From: Camelus dromedarius | Lineage: Eukaryota | Assembly: GCF_036321535.1 (NCBI RefSeq) | Contig: NC_087436.1 | Location: 77,688,001 to 77,752,000 of the forward strand | DNA length: 64,000 nt | Reading direction: 5' to 3' | Part shown: positions 26,408-39,525 of the stretch, piece after piece | Numbering within the stretch: the first letter of the stretch is position 1 | How the letters are laid out: every line of letters starts with the position of its first letter | Notes under the pieces: generated by a model | Seen by the model: the letters and a program-made list of their open reading frames with translations, nothing else | What the model was told of the DNA's origin: nothing | Databases searched by the model: none | Made by a program: the position numbers and the translations under genes

Positions 26408-27621
26408 CTATTGGGATGAGAGAAAAAGAAAACGTTAGATGCAGTGGAGGCATTCAGATGAGGACATAAATGAAACAGAACTCCTGTGTCTTTGAAATGA
26501 GCATTCCACACAGTTTCTGTTATTGTTTGCTTATTGTAACTGTGATCTTTTTAAACACTGTAGTCACAAACCATGGAAAAGTTAAGGAGACTCTTGCTTT
26601 ATTATCTGCATTTACATTTATCTTTCACAGAAAAAAAATTCCCCTGGAATAATGAATTTCAGGCATGGACACTGAAGACATGAACCAGGCAGTCATCACT
26701 GATATGTAGGTAGGCTTCCCCAAAATAATCTAAATATAAACTCTTTGATGATCTGCAACAGTCTGAAACTGGGTCTAGAGTTTCGAAAAATGACAAACAT
26801 TACCTAGTAAACGGAAAATGTAACCCCAAAAGGATATGAGGAACATCAACCTCAGTTTCTAATTCTTTGCAGAGCAATGGTTGGGAAAATTCTATATACA
26901 CAGTAAGGAGTTCTTTCATATAGATTCTCTCCAAAGATTTATCATCACGGAAGAACAACATTAGAATTTTTCACTTGTAAATTCCATTCATCAATGTAGG
27001 TTTATCCTCGTGAAACCCCAAACTGTCACTTGTTTCTTTGTTTCCCTCATATATGTGTGTGTAATCAGAGGATTGAGGGGCAGGGAAAAGTAATTCATCT
27101 ACCTGTCAGATCAAAAGAGCAATTCAGTCTCTTAGAAAATAAAAAAACTGTCCATTCCTACTTTGCTTTAATTTGATATTGTCTCAAAGTCATAGAACTA
27201 AAGTAGATCTCTTAATTACTTATACAAACAAAACTGGTCTTGTTTAATTTTTTTAAAGGCATAAATAACATCATAGCACTCTCTTGTTTTTCTTTTAGAC
27301 TTGAAAAAATCCAAACAAAACTCCTTTTGTGTCTATCATATTTCAGTATTTTTGGGTCCTGTACTCTTAAAACATATTTACATTTATGGAATAAATATTA
27401 CTCCTAATACTAATAAACATACCTTTTATTCACATAGCACTATGTATATTTTACAAGACATTTCAAGATCTCATGAAAGGAAGCATAATATCTTTGGGGA
27501 AAAAGCACTTTGAATCCATAGCAATCAAGATTCAAATCTCAGTTCTGCTCTGAATTTCACTTCCATCAATCCAGAAAATTTAAATAAGAATATTTACTTT
27601 CAAGGACTTAGAGAAGATAGG

Positions 27622-28265
27622 CACATTAGTTTTTTTTTATTGCTGCTGTAATAAATAACCACACACACTTAGTGGCTTAAAACACTCATTTGTTATCTCA
27701 GTTTCTGTGGGTCAGCGAGTTGAGGCACGGCGTGGCTCAACCGGATTGCTCTGTTTGGGGTCTCTCAAGACTGAACTCAGGGTGTCATTGGGGCTGTGTT
27801 CCTTTGTGGTGCCTCTGGGGAAAAAAAATCCACTTTCAAGCTTAATGAGGTTGTTGGCAGAATTCAGTTCCTTGCAATTGTAGAATAAGGTCCCACTTCC
27901 CTGCTGGCTGTCAGCCAGGAGCTGCCTCTTAGTTCCTAGACTTCTCTCTTGCCCCTGCATGGAACCTCTTATGTTTCAATACCAGAAAGGGCACGTCGAA
28001 TTCTTCATGTACTTGGAATCTCTCTGACTTCCACTTCTGCTACATCTCTCTGACTGCAGCCAGAGAAAACTCTCTGCTTTTAAGGGCGCGTGTTCCTGAA
28101 TGATTCATACTTGGCCCACCTAGATAATCCAAGATAATCTCTATTTTAAGGTCCCAAACCTTAATTAAATCTGCAAAGTTCCTTTTGCCATGTCATATAA
28201 CATACTCATGTGTTTCAGGGTTTAGGGTCTGGACATTTTGGAGGGGGTCCCTTCTGCCTCCCACA
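27622..28265 (-). mobile_element. MaLR LTR (MLT1E-like)
   Basis: 'ttattgctgctgtaa...cttagtggcttaaaacac...gttgttggcagaattcagttccttgcaattgtag...atctgcaaagttccttttgccatg...ttctgcctcccaca'. Confidence 0.8.
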
Positions 28266-29632
28266 ATAAGCTAATTAAAGACAACGGTTTTTGGAGAACT
28301 GAAAGCCCCTGAACCATGGTAAATACTCAATAATGATCACCATGTTAAGGAGGAAGATGAGAATGGTTTGCTTAGCTGTTATTTCAATATACTGAACCTC
28401 AGTTTCCTTTTCTGTAAAATTAAGATGGTATGATCTACCATACCTAGTGATGTTTGAGGACTAGGTGAGACAGTCACCTGGTGACTGTTAATTTCTGTGA
28501 AAGAGGCTGTGAGCTGGTCATCAAAGTCTTCCACAGTAATACACAGCCATCCAGGTAAACTGCATCCCCCAGCCTCCCTGCTGTTCACTGTGGCCATGTG
28601 ATTAACTTTTAGCTACATGAGTCTGAGCAGAAGCAATGTATGTCCTGCCCATGCCAGGCCTATGCACTGGTCCAAGGCTGTGTCTTCATACATTTCCCCA
28701 AACTGTAATGGCATGGCCCTGAGAGATTTTGGGAGTGGGACAGTATTGAAGATGGCAGAGTAGCCATCAGCTTGGGTTCCTGAATAATTCTATGTAGCTA
28801 ACCAGGCCTAGCCTCCCTGGACTGTTACGTGAGCAAGAAACACACTTTTATTCCACTCGGAAAATAACATTTTGAGTTTTTTCCATCACAGTCTGCTTAC
28901 TCCAGCACTCTACTCCTTCTCATTATAGCTCTGTCACAAGCCTTCACTACATACACACAAGCTCACTTTACCATCGAGATGACCATGACACCACGGTTCA
29001 GGGCTCTTCATCATAGAGCTAACATTCAGTTCTCTTTACTAAAACTGCCGGGGTCATGTGAGACTTCCCTGTTTCAGACAGTCTGCTCTTGGATCTGTTC
29101 CCATCTTAATTTCAGTCCCCATCACCCACTTGGAACAGAAGGAATCTAGAGAATTCCTGAAGTGCTGGTGGGCTGTTCTTCAGCTATTATAAAGTCTCTG
29201 GTCTTCACAGAGGGGCAGCTTTAACTCCTGCCAGTCAGATAAGTTAAAAAGGAGAAGCTGGAAAGGCAACACTGAGAAAGGGCTTTGCTGTTTCTTAAGG
29301 GGCAACCTTCCTAGTGGTGTTTTTCCCAGGGATTAGTCTTTGTCACCCAAAACCATGGGAGGAAGATAAATAATACCTCCCAGTGTGTTGACAGTAACTT
29401 CATAGATCAGAAAAGGCCATGGATGTAGGTCAGACCAAAAATATATAGTGGTAAGTACTGGCTACGATGCTAGACTGGCCAGTGTTTGTCAACTGGGGAG
29501 AGCAGCCAGTCTAGCCAGGGTGGTCACCAAGACCAAAAAGAGACATGCAAACAGTGTGGTTTACTGTCCTGTGTTACATTGCAAAGGGGTCCCTTAGAGG
29601 ACCAAGAAGCCATAGACCCTATCCTGTGGGGT

Positions 29633-29850
29633 GGCGGTTTTCAAGCAGTTTTTACTCTGAATTCAGTAAGGAATACATTTTACATGTACACCCAAATACC
29701 TACATGCAAGTGTACACACACATATTTATATAAAACTGAATCATATTTAAACAATACTTATGATCAGTACTCTGATTTTTTAAAAAAGTGTTCCTCTAAA
29801 TTGATTTCATGACCCAGTAATGAGTTGTGATCCACAGTCTGAAAAAGTTG
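29633..29850. mobile_element. hAT-Charlie relic (Charlie4-like)
   Basis: 'cagtaaggaatacattttacat ... ctaaattgatttcatgacccagtaatgagttgtgatccacagtctgaaaaa'; ends resemble the gttttcaa / tgaaaaa TIRs. Confidence 0.55.
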
Positions 29851-30215
29851 TTTTAAAAGATGATATTTAGAAACACCGAGAGTGGTTACTTAGTGTATGG
29901 CAAGAAGGGAAAATCAGGAAATCAATTCCACGGCAGACTGAAAGGCAGAGATCAGAAGAAAACTACACAAATAGCAACAGCGAAAGATGGAAAGAGTTTT
30001 TCATGTAAAGAACTGCTCATTCTGTGCTAGCTAGCAAAATGCTAGAGCCTCAGTGCCTGTAATAGAATATACAAAACCAGAAATAAAATCCAAGGCGATG
30101 GAGGGCAAATCAAAGAAGCAAGCCTATAACCTCCTTGGAGTCTTTACTGTGTGGTTTGAAATCTTCATTGCAAAGAAGTATTGATGATACACAATCAGCT
30201 GTATGATACACACAC

Positions 30216-30218
<3 letters not shown>

Positions 30219-30252
<34 letters not shown>
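30219..30252. repeat. (AC)17 microsatellite
   Basis: Read directly from the sequence. Confidence 0.95.
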
Positions 30253-30256
<4 letters not shown>

Positions 30257-33200
30257 CATCATGTGACTATATACCTAAGTTGATTGTTTAAAAAATTGCA
30301 TACAGTTATTTGGGTCTGTTACCAACTATGTTTTGTTTCTCCAAGTATGATAGTTAAAACATTTTAGAAACTTTAAAGCAAACACACGTACATCAGTGGA
30401 CCCTATCAACCATTCAGGCAAAACATAGTAGTACCTGATTGCTTATTTCTAAGGAACCAAAGTCTACAGAATGAAAACCAACAGAAATTCCTTTTAAGGT
30501 GAGCCAACTGTGTGGAATTCTGTAATTGAAACACTTGAAAGAGCCCGTAGAGATGGGACCCACCCAGCACTCCCTTATTTTACAGTTGCGAAGACCCTGA
30601 TGCCCACCACAATTAACTGACAGCTGCTAGGAACAGGGGTTTGACCATAAAACCTAATCACCAGACTTTGGACTAGCTAACTTTCTACAACACCTCGTTG
30701 CCCCACCTTTAACTAACTGGTCCATAAACTGGCAAAATCCACAATTATCTCAACTTTGTATGGTTCTGGATGTAATCATTACAGTGAGAAAACCCCTCTG
30801 ACTTTTGCAAGTGTTAGCAAGAACTATAAGAAAGGAGGACTAGAGACTTTTAACAAATGATTAAAAAAAAAAATAAGAAATCCATGAATGAAAAGGTAGA
30901 ATATGGCAAACCCTAACCTATGTGTGTTCTGTTCATAACTTTAAATAGTGCTTCTCAAACTTTAATAAGCCAAAGAATTGTATAGCTAAAATGATAAAAT
31001 GTGGATTTCTGGGTCCCTATCCCAGTTTCTGATCCAGTAAAACTGTGAGGTCGGACCTGGGAATCTGCCTTTTAAGCAGCACCGCTAATGATCTGACCAA
31101 GGAGGACCTGCCACACTCCCCACCCCCAGCCCGTTCCCCCTACGCCTCCAGGTTCATGAAAGATGCCACACAGGAGTCGCAGGGCAGAGGGTCAAATACC
31201 AAATCTCTGTAACAGAGAGTTAGGTGACTTTTCAGTCAGCCACACAGTCAAATCCCATGCTTCCTGGATCAATCACCACAAGTGGAAACAGAAACTCCTT
31301 CCACTCTGGTCTTCCGTACTGCACAACTGCCAGGTGTGGAGGTCACATGATCGTTTTCATTATCATCAGTAGTTACACAGCATTCTGAATCCGTATTATG
31401 TTTTACGATGGTCATTAGTTAACTCTTAGGGCACACTAGTGAATATGCTGATACCACTCCCACTCTCCTTTTCCCATTAGAACACAAGAAGAGGTTGAAA
31501 GGCGATGTCTGCCTCTAGATCTGAATGCTCTGGGTGATTTAAGCTGAAGCAAGAAATGCTATTGAAACACTGCACATTCTGGCTATTTGGTCTATGAGTG
31601 CAACAGATGAAGTCTTAACAGACACATCAGATCAACTGCTTGGTGATGGGAAATTCTGATCCCCCTTCCCCGCCTCCTGCACAAAAATTAAAAACCACCC
31701 CCAATCAACTCCTAAATAGCACACCAGACTCAGTCTGTTTTCTCAAAGATTATAGAGACAGTTTGTGGGACAGCTGGTCCTGGAACTCAGCGGGTGCTCT
31801 GTCATAACTCTGATGCATTAGTGATTGGCTGTTGTCAGGACCCTGGTGATGGGTCATTAGTCCAACCTCTGCTGGCAATTTATGTGCTTTTCTTAGTGCT
31901 AAATAGATCCCACTACTCCCTTGTTAATCACTTTCGAATCTGAGAATTTTCACACATTACAGAGACACGTTTGTTTGCCAGGTATGAATAAAGAGCCGTT
32001 TATATACTGTGCTGCTGTCTGCAAATGCTAATATGTAATAAAGCCTTTCTAGGCTGGTTTTAAAAGATGAGACTTTCAAACTCAAATTGTGTGTTAATTA
32101 ATACTAGGTTTGAGCCCCCATCTACATATTCTATAGCTGTTGCCTGCGGCTGCTATAAATATGTCTAATTTACCATTTATTTTTAATGACACTAAATTTT
32201 AATATTTGCTGTCAGCATGGAATTCCCCTCTGGTGAATCTACTCTATTAGTATTATATTAAAAACAGATTTCCTCAGTTAACAAAAAAATATAGGGCCTC
32301 TACAGCTTTAAAAAAATACTCAGAAATTAGAATGAATTATTAATTTGTAACATCTGTGATTGGGTTATGTTACACTGAGAAAATCCCGAGAGGTGCAGGG
32401 CAAGCAGCCCTCTTGAAAATGACTTCATATCTGAAAGCTCTGGGGACACAAGGCCAGGCACTGTGTCATCATGGCCTGTCCTTGATAAACTGCTGGATGG
32501 GCTCCATGAATTGTAAATGGAAACATTACTGGTGTCACTTACACTTAAGGATAAAATGGTCAGTACTCCCTTCTCAACAGATATTAGTTTACACTGTATA
32601 TTGTGATTGACAGAAGCATGAATCTGTCAACAATTAGTCTTGTCTCCCACTGAGAACAGCTTTATAAAAGCTTAAAGTCTACATGCGACTCCTTTACTAT
32701 TCCATACCTCCTTTAAATTCCCCAAAAGCCATTTTGCTTTCAATGAAATTAACTCTCCAAAAAAGTTAGAGCGAGGTTAACTTTTAATATTAATCTCTGA
32801 AGAGGTTCTCACATACTGCATATTATTAGAATCCAAGGTACATGTCATAAAAGCATTATTCACGAAAAGACTTGACTAGTCTTGGACTAGAACCAACCAT
32901 CTGCGTGATGCCTAACATGAGTATTTGAACACATTCCAATATGCTGTTTTTCCCGAGATGTTAAAATAGGCACAGTGCTTCTTAAGCGCAGGGGGATTTT
33001 TTTGTTTTGTTTTTTTTTAATGTCTTTTCATAGCCTGGAGTTTTCAAGTATGGAGTGTCTCATAGCCTGATTCAGGAGACTATCACAAAAGCCCCAGTAT
33101 ACCCTTTCTCTTCTCCATTACCTAATTAGGCATCACTACCTCCTTCATACTATGAGCTCTTTAAGGGACTGTGATGTTAATTGCAGAAAATCAAATGCCT

Positions 33201-33503
33201 CTTGAGTGAGGCAGATTGGTTTTCTCAAATACACTGAAAAAGATTAAAATACGTAAGTCAAATGTCACTTTACACATGCAAATCCAATTTTCCTTTATAT
33301 ATTTCAGAAGAGTGCCCTAATCCCACCCCAGCCCCCTTAATTCAGTGTGAGCTGACCTAAGGGTTTTCACAATAGTAAAAGGTTCCTGGTCTCCATGAAC
33401 TAGCGATCACCATCTTTTCCTTCTTTTTAATGTGCAGTGCTAATAATGACTAGATTATGCAATCTTTTAATGAAATGCATTTTTTAACTTTAAGATTTCT
33501 TAC

Positions 33504-33567
33504 CACTTCCAAGCAGTCAATGATCTTGGTTAATTTATCTTCAGGTAAATTCTTCAGCAAGGATACA
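33504..33567 (-). CDS. PRKG2: PRKG2 exon 6
   Basis: Encodes (S)VSLLKNLPEDKLTKIIDCLEV. TAG| acceptor, |GTAAGA donor, 64 nt. Confidence 0.96.
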
Positions 33568-35957
33568 CTACAAAATTTTAAAAGAAACCTTTATTTAATT
33601 CTCTTCCTGAATTAAACTAGAAATGCACACCTATATGTAGATTCAAACACCTTTGCATGCATTTAAAAAGACACAATGCCCTTTAATTGTTCCAAAGTAA
33701 ACCGCCAAATATACTACCCATAAATAACTGAATTTCAAATACATTTAAATTATATAATTATATTTAATCACAGACATTTATTATAGGCAAATAAATAAAA
33801 TTAGTAAGATACAATAAAAAGAAAAAAATGAAATTTTGCCTCTTTGGGAAAAAAACATTTTACATTGGTTGTTGGTTTTCAAAGTGAATCACATCCAGAA
33901 ATGTGCTTCTCTCCACATCTCAATATCTCTTTTATTAACATGCATAAGGAGCTCCCTCCTTCCAGAGGAGGATCAGATTTTCATCTAAATCCTTATAATT
34001 AAGTAAAGACTGAATCTAGGAGGGAAAGTAGGAATCAGCATGGAAATGATCTTTGATTATTAGTCATATTGTACTGTCTTTTAAACTGAATGGTAGCCAG
34101 AGGCATGTAATCGGAACATTTTTACAGATAGTAATACACAGAGAATGAAATAGAATACTGAAACTTTTATTTGAAAAAAACCCCAGAAATTCCACTCAAT
34201 ATGATTAACCAATCAATGTGATTCAATTATTCTTTTAAAGCAATTTCTCTTCTATTTTACCCATTTTTCACACAGGACTGTTGATAGAATTTCTGTAAGA
34301 TGAATACTTCTTTCTTACCATTTCAAATTTGATACCCCTAAGAAAAAAATGATGCTCCTCCAAAAACACGTGATCAGGTCTGAGTTCTGAAAAGAGAGCT
34401 CTAGACTGACACTTGCTCATGCGCACCAGGAGGCATGGAGCCAGGAGCCAGTGTATAAGAAATGTTTGTAACTGCAAAACACTGAAACACCACCAGTGGG
34501 AGAGCAGATAAATGCACTGTGGTCGAGTCACTTAAGAGAACTCTACAAGAGGAGAAATGACTAAATTAGCCAAATAAATGAATCTTAAAAAAGAGTGGGA
34601 AAAAAGCTGAGTTGCAAAAATGACACCTATTTTGTAAAGCTCAACAATAAGCTAAATGAAGCTATAGGCAAAATAATAAAGAATACCAAGGGTATGATCA
34701 CTGAACCTCAGAACAGAGACTACTCCAAGGAGAGGGGATACCCCAAGGAAGGCTAAGAAATGACATGGGGGTGCAAATGAGAGCTCCAAAAACATGGCTG
34801 ACTTCCTACTCCTTAGAATGATGGCGCTTATTTTGTTATTATGTTTTATAACTTTTTTTGAGATTACCTATACTTAGGTAGACCCCACAATATGATGCTA
34901 AGGCACTGTCTGGTCTATAGGCAAGGCACCTGCTTGACATTATAGCAGCTCTCTGCCAGAAGCTCTGACTGTGTCCGGGAGACTAGATCAGCAAGCGTTC
35001 ATACGAGAAATCTTAACGCCTGCAATGTTCTACTGACTAACAATGCCTTCATTCAATATTCATCAAGTCCTCACTATATGCTAGGCACTGCACAGCCCTA
35101 AAATCATTGGCTAGGCAGGCTAGTTATGCACGATAAAAACCACTATACTTAAAAAGACCTAAGACTTTATTTTGGAGAACCACAGAACATGTTAGTATTA
35201 CTACCACTTATCATCGGTTACATTTCATTACAAGATGTACTGCAGCTTCAGAGACTGTCAAACCTCCCATAAAGCACACAGAAATAGTTTGAATGAGGAA
35301 CTTTCCAAACAAAATTTTTAATGCGTAGCTGACTTTTTCAGTTACATAGGTATTTGTTTCTCTTTAACTTGATGTGTCCAAGTTGTTGGGGGTTCAGAAC
35401 AGTTGACAAGATGTGTATATTCCAAGGATCCATGTTATCATGGCAAGCATAATAACATTTTGGGCAAGTTAGTCTGCTATAAGTAATAGTAATCTGGAAG
35501 ATGGTGTGGCTATGTAAATGAGGGAAATGTTTCAGGTAAAGAAAATGAATAAGGATAGTAAAAGAAATTAATTTTAATATTATTCTAAGCAAAGCAATAT
35601 GAGAAAGATTGTCTTTTGCTATCTACTTCTAAATTATAGGACGTATTTCAAAGTCGACTGAGAAACCCAAGTGAATGTTTTAGGATATTTTTTGCACATT
35701 TTTCTATACTATATACAATGACTCCATCAATAGAAGGGCAAAATTAGCAAGAGAAATAAATCAGTGAACAAAGCTAATAATTTAATATCAGCAGCATATA
35801 CTGCAAGAGAATACTTTTGCTCCTTTGGTTGAATCATGTGAAAAATGCTTAAATAAGAAAAGCTATAGTAAAAAAAAATTACTTGGATAAAACCAACATC
35901 CCCACAATCTGGCTACCCCATCTTCTGCTCTTTCCGCTGCCAATGTGTTTTTCTTAC

Positions 35958-36063
35958 CTTCTGAGGAAGTTTCTGTACTGTTCATCTCGAGCTTGAGCTG
36001 TCCTTCTCATTATATTCTGGAACACCTCTCGATCTAGTGCCCATGTTTTAACATTGGTAATAG
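35958..36063 (-). CDS. PRKG2: PRKG2 exon 5
   Basis: Encodes (A)ITNVKTWALDREVFQNIMRRTAQARDEQYRNFLR(S). AAG| acceptor, |GTAAGA donor, 106 nt. Confidence 0.97.
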
Positions 36064-36837
36064 CTTTAGAAAAGTCAAGAAAATAATAAAATATTGTTTA
36101 GCTCTTCCATTAAGAAAACATTCCAAAATGTTCATCAATAAGTTTTTCATATACTCTCATAAAACGATAGATCTTGGAAAATGAATTATTTAAGCATGCA
36201 AATGGAAGGAAGTAGTGATGTAAAGAGTAAGCAACTTTATAAAATCATTTTTGGCTTTGAAATAAGCCATGATTGGAAGTGAGCAGCAAAAGATTTCCTT
36301 TCTAATTATGTTTTGCTTGGGATGATATTAAAATTAGTTTGCAAATCCTAATTATACACTGCATCATCAGGATGTATTTTAGATTTGTGCTGTGATACAA
36401 TGCAATACAAGAGAAAGCCAGCCAGCCTGCAGTCAATTCAGAGAGTAAAGAATTCATACCTAGATAACTGAAAGCTAAAGATCTCTGTATGTGAGTATGT
36501 TTTTATGCCTTTTTATGTTGTTTAGACATTGCTGCTAATGAGAGCCAATATATTTTAAGAATCTCTATGGTTACTTTTACTTAAAATATATAAAATCATT
36601 TTCAAAGAGATTATGCAAGACAGTTTTTGAGAAAACCTCTTCATAGGAAAGACATTAAAAGCAAGAATAAAATCTACAAAGAAAGAGGAGCAGAAGTAGC
36701 AGCTCTAAAAAGTCTACATGAAATTATGGTAGAAATATATTCTTTTAAAGGAGTGATGAGAACTGAAAAAGTACATCAAAACCCAAATCTCTGGTCTACT
36801 AAACTTTAAAATGAATTAGAATTATTTTGACATTCTT

Positions 36838-36966
36838 TATTTTTATTTCTGTATTTATTAATTTTTTTAATTGAGGTATAATCAGTTTACAATGTTGTGT
36901 CAATTTCTGGTGTACAGCACAATTCTTCAGTGATACGTGAATATACATATATTCATTTTCATACTC
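36838..36966 (-). mobile_element. Short 5'-truncated lineage-specific L1 3' end with 15-bp TSD
   Basis: 'ttttttaattgaggtataatcagtttacaatgttgtgtcaatttctggtgtacagc'. Perfect TSD TATTTTGACATTCTT at 36823-36837 and 36967-36981. Confidence 0.85.
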
Positions 36967-37639
36967 TATTTTGACATTCTTGTTAAAAATAGAAATCCCT
37001 TGGCCCCACTGTCAGAGATTGTTTGGAGTGGAGCCTCAGAATCTGCATTTTTATCAAATACGGCAACAGTGCTAACACACATAACCTGGTCCCAAACCTT
37101 GAGAAACACCACATCTAAGTAATTCAGAAGAAAACCTAATACTACAATGAATAAAGTCAATAAAAATAAGAACCCTAAGGAGAAGCAATGGAAGTAATCC
37201 CAAAAGTCACTCATGAGAACTCTCATTAATTAATTCATATCCTTTTTGACATTTATACATTTTCATTGGTTTAATTAATGTTTCTGGTTTATAATATGGT
37301 CAGAACCTCATGGAGAAGAGAAAGCAAACATTCTAGATGAGCCAAAGGCAAATGTCTACATAGTGAAAAAGTGAAGTGGCAACTAAAGCAAACATTGGAA
37401 TCAGTTCTGTTTAAAGCCATAATCATATTTTATATACAGGTATCCGATGGACAGGTTTTTAGAGCTTGAATCATTTAGACAAGTGCTTCAATATAAATCC
37501 TTTTATAAGCATAATATTTCTATTAATAAGAGAATATGGGGCACAACGGGAGATAAGAAGACTCAGGATGCAATAATGACAGATTATCTTTACCATTGTG
37601 TAATAATTATTTAATATACAGCATTCCCTCTCCTGTTAC

Positions 37640-37753
37640 CTTTCACAGAGGCGGTCCTTGTACAGTTGTATAAAATGGCTAGTTCCCCAAACGTGGTCCA
37701 CATAGGGATGGATGATAGCAATTTCTCCCCTTGGAACACCTCCAGTCGACCCT
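37640..37753 (-). CDS. PRKG2: PRKG2 exon 4 (phosphate-binding cassette of CNB-A)
   Basis: Encodes (E)GRLEVFQGEKLLSSIPMWTTFGELAILYNCTRTASVK(A). TAG| acceptor, |GTAACA donor, 114 nt. Confidence 0.97.
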
Positions 37754-37869
37754 CTATCAAGAAGGATGCAAGAAAACACAAATAATCAAAATCCACCTAG
37801 ATTCCATAAATTTAAAAAAATAAAACAATCAGAAAGTACACAGAACATAGACGTAAGATATGATTCTCA

Positions 37870-38100
37870 TTATAGGAAAGCGGTTAACAGGGCAGACTGA
37901 AGCCAGCTCTGCCACTTACTCACTGTTAGCTGATTCGTCTTGAGCTACCCACTCTGCCTGGGTTCCTCGTCAATAATGGGGATAATATTAATAATAATTA
38001 TTTCATACAGTTGTGAGAAGTAAATAAGTTACTATAGAAACCGATCATAGAACAATGGCTAGCGATAGTAAATGCCATGTAAATGTTAGCTATTGTTAAC
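37870..38100 (+). mobile_element. MIR SINE
   Basis: 'cagctctgccacttactcactg...aatggggataata...tttcatacagttgtgagaagtaaataag...aaatgttagctatt'. Confidence 0.7.
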
Positions 38101-38419
38101 ATTATCATTGTTACATAGTTCTTTTCCTGAAGCAAGTGTTTTACTTAAAATTCATTCTACCTCATGAAATGTAGCACATTAAACTATTTCTCTTGTACAA
38201 GGAACACAGCAATCACTGCATGTCTTGAAAACACAGAAGAGGTGTCCACACTGGCGGAAGGACTAACTTGTCATAACTGAGAAGTGCCCTGACCCTGGAG
38301 TCAGCCTGCCTGGATGTGTGACCTTGGGGAAGTTACTTCACCATGCCTTGCTTGTTGACTAATCCCTCAATCACTGCAACGAATTAATACAGGAAGTCAC
38401 TAAGAAGAGCGCTTGAGAA

Positions 38420-39525
38420 AAATAATACCAAGAGAAATAAAAGACAAGCCAGAGACTGAGAGAAACATTTTCCTAAAAGATACATCTGATAAAGGACTGT
38501 TCTACCAAATATACAAAGAGCTCTTAAAGTTCATTAATAAGAAAACAACCCAATGAAAAAAATGGACCAAAGACTTTAGCACTGACCAAAGAAAAAACAT
38601 GAAAAGATGCTCCATGTCATATATCATCAGGGAAATGCAAATTAAAACACCAATGAGATACCAACACCTGTTAGAATGGCCAAAACCTGGAGCACTAACA
38701 ACACCACATGGTGGAGAGGATGTGGAGCAACGGGAACTCTTACCTCTGGTGGGAATGCAAAATGGCATAGCCAATTTGGAACACAGTTTGGTGGTTTCTT
38801 ACAAAATTAAACATACTCTTACCATACAATCCAGCAATTGTGCCCCTTAGTATTACCCAAAGGAGCTGAAAACTTAGGTCTACACAAAAACCTGCACACA
38901 GATGTTTATAGTAGCTTTATGCATAATTGCCAAAACCTGGTAATGACCAAGATGTCCTTCACTGGGTAAGTGGATAAATAAACTGTGGTACATCCAGACA
39001 ATGAAATATTATTCAGTGCTAAAAAGAAATGAGATATTAACCCAGGAAAAGACATGGAGGAAACTTAAGCTGAGCATATTACTAAGTGAAAGAAGCCAAT
39101 CTGAAAAGGCTAAATACTGTCTGATTCCAACTATACAACATATAGAAAAGGGAAAATTATGGAGAAAATAAAAAGATTAGTGGTTGCCAAGGGTGAGGGG
39201 TGGGAGATGAATAGGCAGAGCATAGAGGATTTTTAGGGCAGTGAAAATACTCTTTATGATACTATAGTGATGGATACATGTTATTATGCATTTATCCTAA
39301 CTATAGAGTGTTCAACACCAAGTATGGACTTTGAGTGGTTATGATGTATCAATGTAGGCTCATCCTTGATTAAAAAAAAAAAAAAGTACCATACTGGTGA
39401 GTGAAGTTGACAACAGGAGAGGCTATGAATGTGTTGGGGGCAGAGGGTGTATGGGAAATCTCTGTTCCTCTCTATCAATTTTGTTGTAAACCTAAAACCT
39501 CTCTAAAAATTAAAGTCATAAAAAG
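38420..39525 (+). mobile_element. LINE-1 3' end (L1MC1/2-like)
   Basis: ORF2 C-terminal remnant ('SMSYIIREMQIKTPMRY') followed by a typical L1MC 3'UTR ending 'gttgtaaacctaaaacctctctaaaaattaaagtc'. Confidence 0.85.

Noticed and set aside
38502..38850. ORFs of 83-90 aa
   Set aside because: Degenerate L1 ORF2 C-terminus and its antisense; not host genes.
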